Source of the DNA: Candidatus Woesearchaeota archaeon
GTDB taxonomy: Archaea; Nanobdellota; Nanobdellia; Woesearchaeales; GW2011-AR4
NCBI GenBank assembly: GCA_002686855.1
Contig: NYYQ01000064.1
Coordinates: 1 to 39,781, forward strand
DNA length: 39,781 nucleotides
Reading direction: 5' to 3'
Positions 1 to 8,556 of this stretch are shown here, piece after piece. Under the pieces are notes generated by a model. The model had not been told where the DNA came from, searched no databases, and saw nothing but the letters and a program-made list of their open reading frames with translations. The translations under genes and the position numbers were made by a program. Within the stretch, counting starts at the first letter, position 1; every line of letters starts with the position of its first letter.

Positions 1-140
1 ATCCTTATTGGGTTTATTCTTTAAAGAGGACGAGTAAAATGGATGAGCAAATCAAGTGGTATGAGAAAAAAAGGCGAAATAATATCCATACTCAACAATC
101 TGTATATTACTATGGGGATATGTATATTAACTAATTAAGG

Positions 141-195
141 ATTAAAAAAGGACTAAATATGTACTAAATATGTATTAAAACTGTATTAAAATAGG
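141..195. repeat. About 5 tandem copies of an 11-nt A/T-rich unit (ATTAAAAAAGG, ACTAAATATGT x2, ATTAAAACTGT, ATTAAAATAGG)
   Basis: Read directly. The two central units are identical and the flanking units are degenerate. The repeat lies in a noncoding stretch upstream of rpl1. Confidence 0.6.
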
Positions 196-572
196 ATAAA
201 AACCAGTTTCAATCTATGAAATTAATGAAAAAGAAAAAACAGTAAGGCTGCTTGATTATAATCATCATGATAAAATATATTAGACATTGATTTGTACAAC
301 AGTTCTTAATCAAACAAAATCTCCTCACTCAAGAACAATACGCACTATTAACTTACCAGCCAAGAAGTCTCATTGTGAAAGCTAAGGGTAGTTCACGCCA
401 TTACTAGAATTTCCAATAATAAAATCATTGCCACCTAAGGTTAAATTTGCATTTTCTGTTAAATTTCCCCAGATATTCACATTACCTAAAGAAGCAACTT
501 TTTAACAATATTTAAATACAACAAGTTTTTTCCATTCATTACCCGTTAATACTACTTAACGTAGGAGGGAAG

Positions 573-1379
573 ATGGACAAAGCATTAATAGCAAAAACAC
601 TCAAAACTGTAAAAGAGAATTCTCCTAAAAGAAACTTTAAGCAGAGCATAGACTTAATCATAAATCTAAAAGATATTGACCTAAAGAAAGCAGAGCAGCA
701 AGTTAATATGTTTATTACTCTGCATAATGATGTTGGAAAGAAGATTTCTGTATGCGCATTTGTTGGAACAGAGCTGGAAAAAAATGCAAAAGAGGTTTGC
801 GAAGAGGTAATTTTAGCAGACCAGTTTGCCAAATTTAAAGACAAGAAAGAATTAAAAAAACTTGCTAACAAGCACAATTACTTTATTTCTCAGGCAAATA
901 TAATGCCCAAAGTGGCTACTGCTTTTGGCAGGTTTTTAGGGCCAAGAGGAAAGATGCCCAACCCTAAACTAGGGAGTGTTTTGCCTCCAAATGCTAATGT
1001 AAAGCCATTATATGAAAAACTGAAAAAGACAGTAAACTTAACAACAAAAAATGAACCGGCAATAAAGTGCATAGTGGGCAAAGAAGATAATACTGATGAA
1101 CAGCTTATTGATAATATACTTACTGTTTATAATTCTCTTATTCAAAAACTTCCAAATGAGAAGCACAATATAAAGAGCATTATGCTTAAGCTTACAATGG
1201 GACCATCCTTTAAAGTTGGAGAAGAACCCAAAAAAGAAACTGATAAAGCCAAAAAACCAGAAGCAAAGAAAAAAGAACCAGCAAAAGAAACTAAAAAAGA
1301 GCCAATAAAACAAGAAGAGCCAGAAAAACAAAATCAATCAAAAGAACAAACCCCAAAAGAAAAACCCAATCAAAAATAA
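573..1379 (+). CDS. rpl1: 50S ribosomal protein uL1 with a KE/P-rich C-terminal tail
   Basis: The translation has the uL1 core (QANIMPKVATAFGRFLGPRGKMPNPK). An SD-like TAGGAGGG lies just upstream of the ATG. It is followed by P0 and P1 as in the conserved archaeal cluster. Residues ~216-268 are low-complexity K/E/P. Confidence 0.93.
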   Translation: MDKALIAKTLKTVKENSPKRNFKQSIDLIINLKDIDLKKAEQQVNMFITLHNDVGKKISVCAFVGTELEKNAKEVCEEVILADQFAKFKDKKELKKLANKHNYFISQANIMPKVATAFGRFLGPRGKMPNPKLGSVLPPNANVKPLYEKLKKTVNLTTKNEPAIKCIVGKEDNTDEQLIDNILTVYNSLIQKLPNEKHNIKSIMLKLTMGPSFKVGEEPKKETDKAKKPEAKKKEPAKETKKEPIKQEEPEKQNQSKEQTPKEKPNQK

Positions 1380-1515
1380 TCAATATTAAGCTAAAAAACA
1401 ATTAATTCGTTGAAAATAAATTAAATAATAAACAAAATCAATGGAAATTAAAATTAAAAAATTGTTAATAAATACATATTATTGAAAATAAAATTGTAAA
1501 GATGGTTAATTAAAA

Positions 1516-3084
1516 ATGGCGCACGTATCAGAATTCAAAAAGAAAATTGTTGCAGACTTAGTCAAATTAAGCAAAGAATATCCGATTATAGGAATTGTGA
1601 ATATGGAAAATCTTCCTGCTCCGCAACTTCAATCAATGAAAACAGAATTAAGAGGCAAAGTAAACTTGTTTATGACAAAGAAAACATTGATGAGGATAGC
1701 ATTAGATAAAATAAAAGAGGAAAAGAAAGGAGCAGAAGAACTAACTAAATATTTTGATGGAATGCCCGCCATTATATTCACAAAAGACAGTCCTTTCAAG
1801 CTAAGCAAGATTTTGAAAAAAAACAAGACATCTGCGCCTGCTAAATCCGGCCAGACAGCTCCAAATGACATTATAATACCCAAAGGACCAACACCCTTTG
1901 CTCCAGGTCCAATAATCAGCGAGCTTAGCGGCATAGGTTTGCAAGTGGGTGTAGAATCTGGAAAAGTAGCAGTTAAGGAAGATAGTGTTGTAGCTAAAAA
2001 AGGCGAAATGATCAAGCCAAAAGTGGCTGAAGTTTTACTTAGATTAGACATAAAGCCAATGGAAGTTGGTCTTGATTTAGTTGCTGCTTATGAATCCGGA
2101 ATTATCTATCAAAAAGACATCTTAGAGGTAGATGAGAAACAATATCTTGATAATGTAAACCTTGCTGCAGTACAGGCATTCAACCTTGCATTCGAAATAA
2201 CTTATGTTACAAAAGATAATGTTCAGCCAATAATTAGCAAAGCATTCAATGATGCAAAAGCATTAGGATTACAACAAAATATAATTGATACTGGAATTAT
2301 AGAAGATTTACTGGGAAAAGCTGAAAGATCAATATTAAGCTTGAAAAATACTGCAGGCATTGAAACTTTAGAGAAGCCAAAACAAGAGCCAGTAAAAGAA
2401 GAAGCAAAGCCAGAGGAACCAGTTAAAGAAGAGAAAAAAGAAGAAGAAAAACCTCAAGCGCCAAAAGAAAAACCCCAACCTAAAGAAGAAAAACCAAAAG
2501 AACAGATAACAGAAGTAAAGAAAGAAGTGCCTAAACCTGAGGTAAAAAAACAACCAGAACCAGAAGTAAAGAAAGAAGTTGCGATAAAAGAACAGGAGCC
2601 ACTAAAAGAAACAATAAAAGAAGAAGTTAAGCCAGGAGTAAAAGAAAAACAACCAGAACCAATAGAGACTAAAAAAGAAGAATCAATACAAGAGAAAATT
2701 GAAGAAAAACCAAAGCCACAACCAAAACCAATTGAAGCAAAAGAAGAAATCCAAAAAATAGGGGAGAAAAAACCAGAAGAAGAAATTGATAAAAAAATTA
2801 ACAGGATGGTTGACCAGACAAAGAAATTTATGAGGGGAGAAGAAGAAACTGCAGAAGATATTTTAGAAGAAGTAAAAAAAGAGCAAACAGAGGAAGAAAA
2901 ACCAGAACCAGAAGTGAAAGAACTTAAAGAAGAAGAAGTTCCAAGCGCTCATGATTTGAAAAAGAAAAAAGAAGAAGCTCTTAGTGCACATGATTTAAAG
3001 AAACAGAAGGAAGAAAAAGAGCAAAAAGAAGTTGAGGACCTAGCAAAAGAACTTGTAACAAAGGGAACATTGAGGAAAAAATAA
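1516..3084 (+). CDS. rplP0: Ribosomal stalk protein uL10 (P0) with a ~237-aa PEK-rich C-terminal extension
   Basis: The first ~285 aa look like archaeal P0 (PIIGIVNMENLPAPQLQSMKTELRG, GPTPFAPGPIISELSGIG). The gene sits between uL1 and P1. Residues 286-522 are low complexity. Confidence 0.9.
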   Translation: MAHVSEFKKKIVADLVKLSKEYPIIGIVNMENLPAPQLQSMKTELRGKVNLFMTKKTLMRIALDKIKEEKKGAEELTKYFDGMPAIIFTKDSPFKLSKILKKNKTSAPAKSGQTAPNDIIIPKGPTPFAPGPIISELSGIGLQVGVESGKVAVKEDSVVAKKGEMIKPKVAEVLLRLDIKPMEVGLDLVAAYESGIIYQKDILEVDEKQYLDNVNLAAVQAFNLAFEITYVTKDNVQPIISKAFNDAKALGLQQNIIDTGIIEDLLGKAERSILSLKNTAGIETLEKPKQEPVKEEAKPEEPVKEEKKEEEKPQAPKEKPQPKEEKPKEQITEVKKEVPKPEVKKQPEPEVKKEVAIKEQEPLKETIKEEVKPGVKEKQPEPIETKKEESIQEKIEEKPKPQPKPIEAKEEIQKIGEKKPEEEIDKKINRMVDQTKKFMRGEEETAEDILEEVKKEQTEEEKPEPEVKELKEEEVPSAHDLKKKKEEALSAHDLKKQKEEKEQKEVEDLAKELVTKGTLRKK

Positions 3085-3200
3085 TCAATATTAACAATAA
3101 AAAAACATCATTGAAAATAACTATCATTAATTTAAATAAAAAACAATAAAAATAAATCATTGAAAATAAATATTAAAATAAAAATTATTGGAGGAAAAAA

Positions 3201-3518
3201 ATGGAATACATATATGCTGCAATGTTGCTGCACAAAGCAGGTCAAAAAGTAGATGAAGCTAATGTAAAGAAAGTATTGGAGTCTGCAGGTACAAAAGTAG
3301 ATGAAGCAAGAGTAAAAGCATTAGTCTCTGCTTTGGAAGGGGTAAACATTGAAGAGGCAATAGAAAAAGCTGCAGTGCCAGTAGCTGCTGCGCCAGCCGC
3401 ACCAGCCGCAGAAGCAGGCCAAGCAGAAAAGAAACCAGAAGACAAGAAGAAAAAGGCAGAGGAAGAAAAGAAGTCTGAAGATCAGGCAGCCGCTGGATTA
3501 GGTAGTCTTTTCGGTTAA
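3201..3518 (+). CDS. rpl12: Ribosomal stalk protein P1 (L12e)
   Basis: [12 protein letters not shown]-terminus, Ala/Pro hinge, acidic/basic tail and the stalk signature [10 protein letters not shown] at the C-terminus. SD GGAGG lies upstream. Confidence 0.93.
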   Translation: MEYIYAAMLLHKAGQKVDEANVKKVLESAGTKVDEARVKALVSALEGVNIEEAIEKAAVPVAAAPAAPAAEAGQAEKKPEDKKKKAEEEKKSEDQAAAGLGSLFG

Positions 3519-3645
3519 GTTATTGTCCAATTTTTATTTATTTTTTTTGGCATTTTTTTAGTTTATAATGTCATTGCTAGCTTAAAATAGATTTTATTTA
3601 ATTATTGGCAAAATTTTTATACTTCTTGAATAAAAATAGAATAAG

Positions 3646-4531
3646 ATGCAAAAAGAATCAAAAAAAGAACTATTCAAAACACTGGATAGATTAAGGAAGC
3701 AAATAGTTTCTTTAAGAAAAGATCTCAACATAGTTAATAGTGAAAAAGAATCATGGTTCAATAAAAAAGAAACTTTCTCTAATAAAATAAAAGAAAACAT
3801 CAAGATTATCAAGGAAAACAAACCAAAAAGAGATGCTTTAACAAAAAAAGTCAAGGAATCAAAAGAGCAAAGGTCTGTTCTTTCGCAAGAAGCAAGAAAA
3901 AAAATCTCAGAATTTAAAAAATTAAATGATGCAAAAAAAAGACTTAATATCAAAATCCAAAATAAAAGACCCTTCTGCCATAAAAACTGAAATAGACAGG
4001 ACAGAAGTAAAATTAGAGACAGAAGCAATGTCATTTGAGAACGAAAAGAAACTCACTAAAAAACTTAAAGTCTTGAAAAAGAATTTAGAAGATGCATCTG
4101 AAATAATCAGCATTGTAGATAAGCTAAAGAAATTAAACCAAGAGATAAATGCCAGCAAGAAAAATACAGATAACACTCATAATGAAATCCAAGAGACTGC
4201 AAAAGAAAGCCAGGTATTGCACGAACTTATTATAAAAAACTCAAAAGAGATAGATGAACTAAAGCCAAAAGAAAGAGAAGCCTTCAAAAACTTTACAAAA
4301 CTAAAAAAGAACTTTGCAGAAATAAACAACAAGCTAAAGGAAAAATTAAGTGAGATGAGCATTATAAGCGAAAAAATAAACAAATTCCAACTGGAAGAAG
4401 AAGAAAAAAGAAAATTGAATGAAACCATGCTCATCAAAAGCAAGGAACATGAATTTGAGGAAAAATTCAAGCACGGAAAAAAAATAACCACAGAAGATTT
4501 TCTTATGTTTCAGGACATGCTTAAAAAATAG
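3646..4531 (+). pseudogene. COG1340-like archaeal coiled-coil protein split into two overlapping frames (3646-3990 and 3926-4531)
   Basis: Both ORFs are heptad-rich K/E coiled coil. The second continues the first after a +1 frame change near the A8 run at 3933-3940. The combined length of ~295 aa fits one protein. Confidence 0.55.
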
Positions 4532-4540
4532 ATTTAATAA

Positions 4541-5311
4541 TTATTTTCCTAATCTCTTTAATTCTTTCTCAATCCTTTCCTTGCCTTTCTGGTAGGATAC
4601 ATCAGAAATTAATTGAGATTTATGAGCCTGCTCTAAAGCTGCTAATTCTTTTTCCAATTTTTGGGTTTTTTGTTCTGTTTTGATTAACTTGCTTTCCTCT
4701 TCTTTTGTTTTAGGTTCTGGCTTTCTCTTAGGCAAATACCTATGCATTAAAAAGATAGAAACAGCCACAACAAATATCATTCCAAATATCAAATAAGTTG
4801 TATACTCTTTTAATATTATTGGAATCAATCTTATAGTCTTTGCCTTAACCTCAAATAAATCAGAACTTAGTCCTACAGAATCCTCAAAAGTAACTTTTGC
4901 AGATGCAACATAAGTTCCTGGCTTTATATCAGATGGTATTAACAACTCTCTGACGAATTTTGCTTGCGTCTCTATAGCAACAGTTTCTTCTTCTTTTGCT
5001 ATCAAATTACCTTTAAAGTCTTTAATTGAATATTCAAGAACCACGTCTACTCTTCCAAAACCTCTAACATTAAACAAAGAAACCTCCATTAACACTTCAT
5101 CACCGGGAAATATACTTTTATATTCTGGCAAAACCTTTACATCAACATCAAACAATGGCTTTGCAGATTCCACTTCTATTACTGTAGCAATTATTTTTTC
5201 TCCAGATGGCCCCTTAACATAAATTTCTTGCGGATAAATATCTGGTTTTTGGTCTTCTGCAGCTCTAAACATAAAATTCAGTGTTTGTTCTTCACCCGGT
5301 TGTAATATCAA
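4541..5311 (-). CDS. C-terminally membrane-anchored envelope protein fragment (beta-rich ectodomain, TM, K/E coiled-coil tail)
   Basis: A TM segment YLIFGMIFVVAVSIFLM is followed by a charged tail. There is no N-terminal signal peptide. The only start is a TTG at 5311, and the frame is open only back to 5377. Confidence 0.5.
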   Translation of the reverse strand: MILQPGEEQTLNFMFRAAEDQKPDIYPQEIYVKGPSGEKIIATVIEVESAKPLFDVDVKVLPEYKSIFPGDEVLMEVSLFNVRGFGRVDVVLEYSIKDFKGNLIAKEEETVAIETQAKFVRELLIPSDIKPGTYVASAKVTFEDSVGLSSDLFEVKAKTIRLIPIILKEYTTYLIFGMIFVVAVSIFLMHRYLPKRKPEPKTKEEESKLIKTEQKTQKLEKELAALEQAHKSQLISDVSYQKGKERIEKELKRLGK

Positions 5312-5317
5312 GTCTAA

Positions 5318-6361
5318 AGTACCAGGACCTGGAGAAACTACAAAAAAATAGTTGCAAATAAAGACACCAATAATAAATTAATTTCAATAACTGGGTACAA
5401 TGAGAATTTAAAAAATATAAGTCCTGAAGCAGCACCATTAGATAAATATTTAGATATTATTGCTGATAGTGATATTTCAGAAAATATAACTTCTGTAAAA
5501 ATAAAAATTTACTATACTGATGAAGAGATCACTAATGCTGATTTAGATGAGGAAACCCTCAAAATCCATTATTTCAATGAAACTGACAGCCAATGGCAAA
5601 TGTTGAATTCTACGGTAAATGCTTCCGGAAATTATATCGAGGTTACTATAGATCATCTAAGCACTTTCGGAATTTTCGGACAACAACAATCTTCTTCATC
5701 TAGCTCCAGTAGTTCTTCAGGTAGTAGTGCAGGCGGTGGAAGCGGAGGCGGTGGTGGAAGCAGTAAAAGAACACAAACCATAATAGCAAAACCTGAACTG
5801 TCAGAAACAGAATCTCCTGCAGTAAAAGAAGAAATAAAGGAAGAAAAGATAGAAGAGCTGAAAGAAAAATTATGCGATTACAAAATAGCTGTTTCACTGC
5901 CAGAGCGTATTTCTTTGGTTGAATTAGATCATGTAAAAGGAATGGTAAGCAATGTGGGTAATTGCGAGATAGAAAATCTCAATATGCATCTTGATGAAGG
6001 ATTGAAAGAAATAATCAAAACAGAAAATGAAAAAATAGAAAATATAGATATTAACAAAAGTATCGAATTTTTATTGCTTCAAAAACTGGAAACGAATAAA
6101 GCAAGTAATTTGTTGATACCGGGATTTAACATAAAAATTCCCGAGAGAAATATAGAAACATATAATGGATTTTTAACTTTTGATGTTTTGGCAGAGGATA
6201 AATTAGCTTTTAAAGAAAAAATTAATATTAAAGTTGATGTAATTAAAAATGATTCGACAATAGAGATAATAAGACCAAAAATCCCCATTTTTTCTGTTAT
6301 TTTCTTGTTATTTATTTGTATATTTTATGGTTTTTATAGAAAAATAAATAAAAAGCATTAA
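5318..6361 (+). CDS. Surface protein fragment with a PGF-pre-PGF-like motif, Ser/Gly linker and C-terminal TM anchor. The frame is open from 5318; the first ATG is at 5600.
   Basis: The in-frame upstream sequence reads KIKIYYTDEEITNADLDEETLKIHYFNETDSQWQMLNSTVNASGNYIEVTIDHLSTFGIFG. This is typical of archaeal surface-protein domains, and the first ATG falls inside that domain. There is no start codon or signal peptide upstream. Confidence 0.5.
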   Translation, partial: STRTWRNYKKIVANKDTNNKLISITGYNENLKNISPEAAPLDKYLDIIADSDISENITSVKIKIYYTDEEITNADLDEETLKIHYFNETDSQWQMLNSTVNASGNYIEVTIDHLSTFGIFGQQQSSSSSSSSSSGSSAGGGSGGGGGSSKRTQTIIAKPELSETESPAVKEEIKEEKIEELKEKLCDYKIAVSLPERISLVELDHVKGMVSNVGNCEIENLNMHLDEGLKEIIKTENEKIENIDINKSIEFLLLQKLETNKASNLLIPGFNIKIPERNIETYNGFLTFDVLAEDKLAFKEKINIKVDVIKNDSTIEIIRPKIPIFSVIFLLFICIFYGFYRKINKKH

Positions 6362-6374
6362 AATAATTTGTATT

Positions 6375-6557
6375 TTACTTCTTAAAATCCGTATACCCGC
6401 ACTTCCCACAAGTTTCTCTATCTTTATGAGCAGCTAAAAAATACCCAGTACCGCACTTAGGACAGAACTTATTATTCCTCTTAATTTTACTACCTTCTGC
6501 CTTATACAGCTTCCACACTTGCATAGGCTTCTTTGGTTTCTTCTTTTTCTTTGCCAT
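6375..6557 (-). CDS. rps27ae: 30S ribosomal protein eS31 (S27ae), zinc ribbon
   Basis: 60 aa with a basic N-terminus and CPKCG...CGKCG. Confidence 0.92.
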   Translation of the reverse strand: MAKKKKKPKKPMQVWKLYKAEGSKIKRNNKFCPKCGTGYFLAAHKDRETCGKCGYTDFKK

Positions 6558-6771
6558 TTTATTATATTTTTTTAATTATAATTTTCTTTTTTATTATTTA
6601 TTAAAATTATTATTCATTGTTTTCTTTTTTATTTAATGATCTATTATTATAATTTTTAATTGAATTATTTTTATTGATAAATTTTATTATTGGAAAATTT
6701 TTATTTTCTTTTTTTATTGATTTTATTTTAATTGAATTTTTATAATGGATTTTTTAATTGTTGGTTAATTT

Positions 6772-7260
6772 TTATTGGCCTTTCTCTTTCTTTGGCTTTT
6801 CATCTGCTTTCTGTTCTTCCTTTTTATCTTCTTTTTTTGCTTCTTTCCTTTCTTGAGGTTTTTCTTCCTTGCCTCCTTTCTGATCTTGCTTTGTTTCCGC
6901 TTTTTCCTCTTTCTTACCCTCTCCCTTTACCTCTTCTTTCTTAGTTTCTTCTTTCACCTCTTCATTCTTTTCCTCTTTCCCGGCCTTTTTCTTGGATTTT
7001 TTAGACACTACTATTTTCTTCAAAATCTCTTCATTCTCATAAGCATAACACAAAACTTTTGCTTTTTTTAATCCATATGAAGTATATATCCCTTTAACAT
7101 CCAATAATTTTTCATCCTTACCCAAAGTCTTTGCCAAATTACTTTTAACTTCTTGCTCAGAAGGAGTTGCTTTTTCAAATATAACCTCTGACTCCACCTT
7201 TATTCTTGACAGCAAAGGCTCTTCTTTTTTATTTAATACTTTTAATTCCATAGAATTCAC
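6772..7260 (-). CDS. rps24e: 30S ribosomal protein eS24 with a ~75-aa KE-rich tail
   Basis: MELKVLNKKEEPLLSRIKVESEVIF...GIYTSYGLKKAKVLCYAYENEE matches eS24. A GTG at 7260 overlaps the spt4 stop. The alternative start is the ATG at 7251. Confidence 0.9.
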   Translation of the reverse strand: MNSMELKVLNKKEEPLLSRIKVESEVIFEKATPSEQEVKSNLAKTLGKDEKLLDVKGIYTSYGLKKAKVLCYAYENEEILKKIVVSKKSKKKAGKEEKNEEVKEETKKEEVKGEGKKEEKAETKQDQKGGKEEKPQERKEAKKEDKKEEQKADEKPKKEKGQ

Positions 7261-7442
7261 CTTACTTTGATAGCATATTCACCTTTCACTGTAATCCCAA
7301 TCTTACTAGCAATCATTGATTTGTTTGCATCTAATACATACAATCTTCCTTGCCAATTATTAGAGAACTGGTTACTTTTACAAACAGGGCATTCGTTCCC
7401 TTCAACAAAATACTTACATTTCTTACACACTTTCTTCTTCAC
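7257..7442 (-). CDS. spt4: Transcription elongation factor Spt4 (RpoE'')
   Basis: 61 aa with CKKC...CPVC zinc ribbon plus NNWQGRLYVLD. It overlaps the rpoE' stop by 4 nt. Confidence 0.9.
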   Translation of the reverse strand: MKKKVCKKCKYFVEGNECPVCKSNQFSNNWQGRLYVLDANKSMIASKIGITVKGEYAIKVR

Positions 7443-8050
7443 TTTTTGCCACCTTTCTTAGTTTCTTTCTTACCTTCTTTTTTAACTTCCTTCTTGGCCC
7501 CTTTTTTTTCCACTTTTTGCTCATCCTCTTCTATCCAGTCTAATCTTCCAAGACCTTGCTGCCTCATTGTCAGGCCAAGTTTTGGATTTAGAGGATCTTT
7601 GAATGAAATAGCAATTATTCTTGCCCTGCACACATCATTAATCTTAAGAGACCTTTTACTTTCTTTTCCAGCTAAGGTCTTTTCTTTGCTAAAGCTTACA
7701 AAATCATCCATTGTTTGCGAAACATGAATCATCCCATCTATAGGGCCTAAGGTTATAAAAGCTCCAAAATCTACTATATCCTTTATCCTTCCTACAATAA
7801 CTTCCTGCAGCTCAGGCTTAAAACTCAATACCTCAAACTTAGCTTCGTAATAAGAAGATCCATCTCCAGGGATTATAATACCTTTACCTATCTCTTTTAG
7901 GGCACATACATCCACCACAATCCCTAACTCATTGGAAATATAACCATCATATTTCTTCTTAATTCTCTTTATAACTGCCTCTTCAACATCCAAGTCAAAC
8001 ATATTTGGAGGCACTCTTATGTGATCTTTAAGTTCTATTTTGTAGTACAT
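7439..8050 (-). CDS. rpoE: RNA polymerase subunit Rpo7 (E') with S1 domain and a short KE tail
   Basis: MYYKIELKDHIRVPPNMF... plus an S1 fold (GRIKDIVDFGAFITLGPIDGMIHVSQ). The true ATG is at 8050. The track ORF extends to 8140 through a non-homologous leader. Confidence 0.9.
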   Translation of the reverse strand: MYYKIELKDHIRVPPNMFDLDVEEAVIKRIKKKYDGYISNELGIVVDVCALKEIGKGIIIPGDGSSYYEAKFEVLSFKPELQEVIVGRIKDIVDFGAFITLGPIDGMIHVSQTMDDFVSFSKEKTLAGKESKRSLKINDVCRARIIAISFKDPLNPKLGLTMRQQGLGRLDWIEEDEQKVEKKGAKKEVKKEGKKETKKGGKK

Positions 8051-8151
8051 TTTACCCTGTGAGCATATAACTCGTTTTATAAATTTTCTGGATTTGTGCA
8101 AAAATAAAGCTAAAATCAGCAGCCTACTTCCCAATTGCACTTTGGAGGATT

Positions 8152-8556
8152 TCAGTTGAAACCCTTATCATTAACCAGCACGAGTGTTTTTTTATTCCTT
8201 AAGACAATAACACTAATACCTTGGTTAACAAGGTCTCTTTTTAAATCTTTGTCTTGAGTAGCTACGATACAGCCTTTTTTAATTGCATGATCTACAATTA
8301 CATCATCTGTGTGTTCTGGAGAGTTTGTTTTTATTATCTCCACTTTTTTTATTTTAATCAACTGAAGCGCAATATTAGCGGCTTCCTTATGCTTTCCCTT
8401 CTGCCTCTCAATAATCAATTTTAGCTCTTCTATGGTTCTGTCTAAAATACAAAGTTCATATTTGAAATTGCATATTCTTTCAATTTCTGAAAATATATCT
8501 ACCTTAAACTGATAAGGAACCATTAAAAAGTTAGTATCCAATAATATTTTTTTCAT
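8152..8556 (-). CDS. PIN-domain protein (Fcf1/Utp24-like, COG1412 type)
   Basis: LLDTNFLM N-terminal acidic motif and ATQDKDLKR near the C-terminus. It sits in the conserved position upstream of rpoE'-spt4-rps24e-rps27ae. Confidence 0.8.
   Translation of the reverse strand: MKKILLDTNFLMVPYQFKVDIFSEIERICNFKYELCILDRTIEELKLIIERQKGKHKEAANIALQLIKIKKVEIIKTNSPEHTDDVIVDHAIKKGCIVATQDKDLKRDLVNQGISVIVLRNKKTLVLVNDKGFN

Noticed and set aside
382-501. Minus-strand open frame (…VASLGNVNIWGNLTENANLTLGGNDFIIGNSSNGVNYP*) resembling a beta-helix/adhesin repeat
   Set aside because: It has no start codon, is only ~40 codons long and is bounded by a stop immediately upstream. It is at best a gene fragment.
1038-1337. 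Poly-Phe/Leu ORFs antisense or out of frame to KE-rich coding regions. Others are 539-877, 890-1081, 1629-2051, 2368-2553, 3242-3445, 6732-6944, 6775-7071, 7267-7461, 7350-7727 and 14155-14454.
   Set aside because: They are shadow frames of GAA/AAA/CCA-rich low-complexity sense sequence, or they lie inside well-supported genes. Their translations are compositionally implausible (FFFWFF...) and they have no start context.
6558-6771. Possible CRISPR array or other regular repeat array in the AT-rich spacers
   Set aside because: The repeated word is only 6-9 nt long, its spacing is irregular (13-27 nt) and there are no constant-length repeats or unique spacers. It is reported instead as a recurrent spacer motif.
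8051-8140. N-terminal extensions offered by the ORF track for rpoE'. Similar extensions are 10716-10784 for nac, 35343-35477 for the lipoprotein, 36677-36697 for dphB and 37651-37695 for ftsZ.
   Set aside because: The extensions have no family-like sequence. They overlap upstream genes or promoters, and an internal ATG with an SD or TATA fits the conserved N-terminus.
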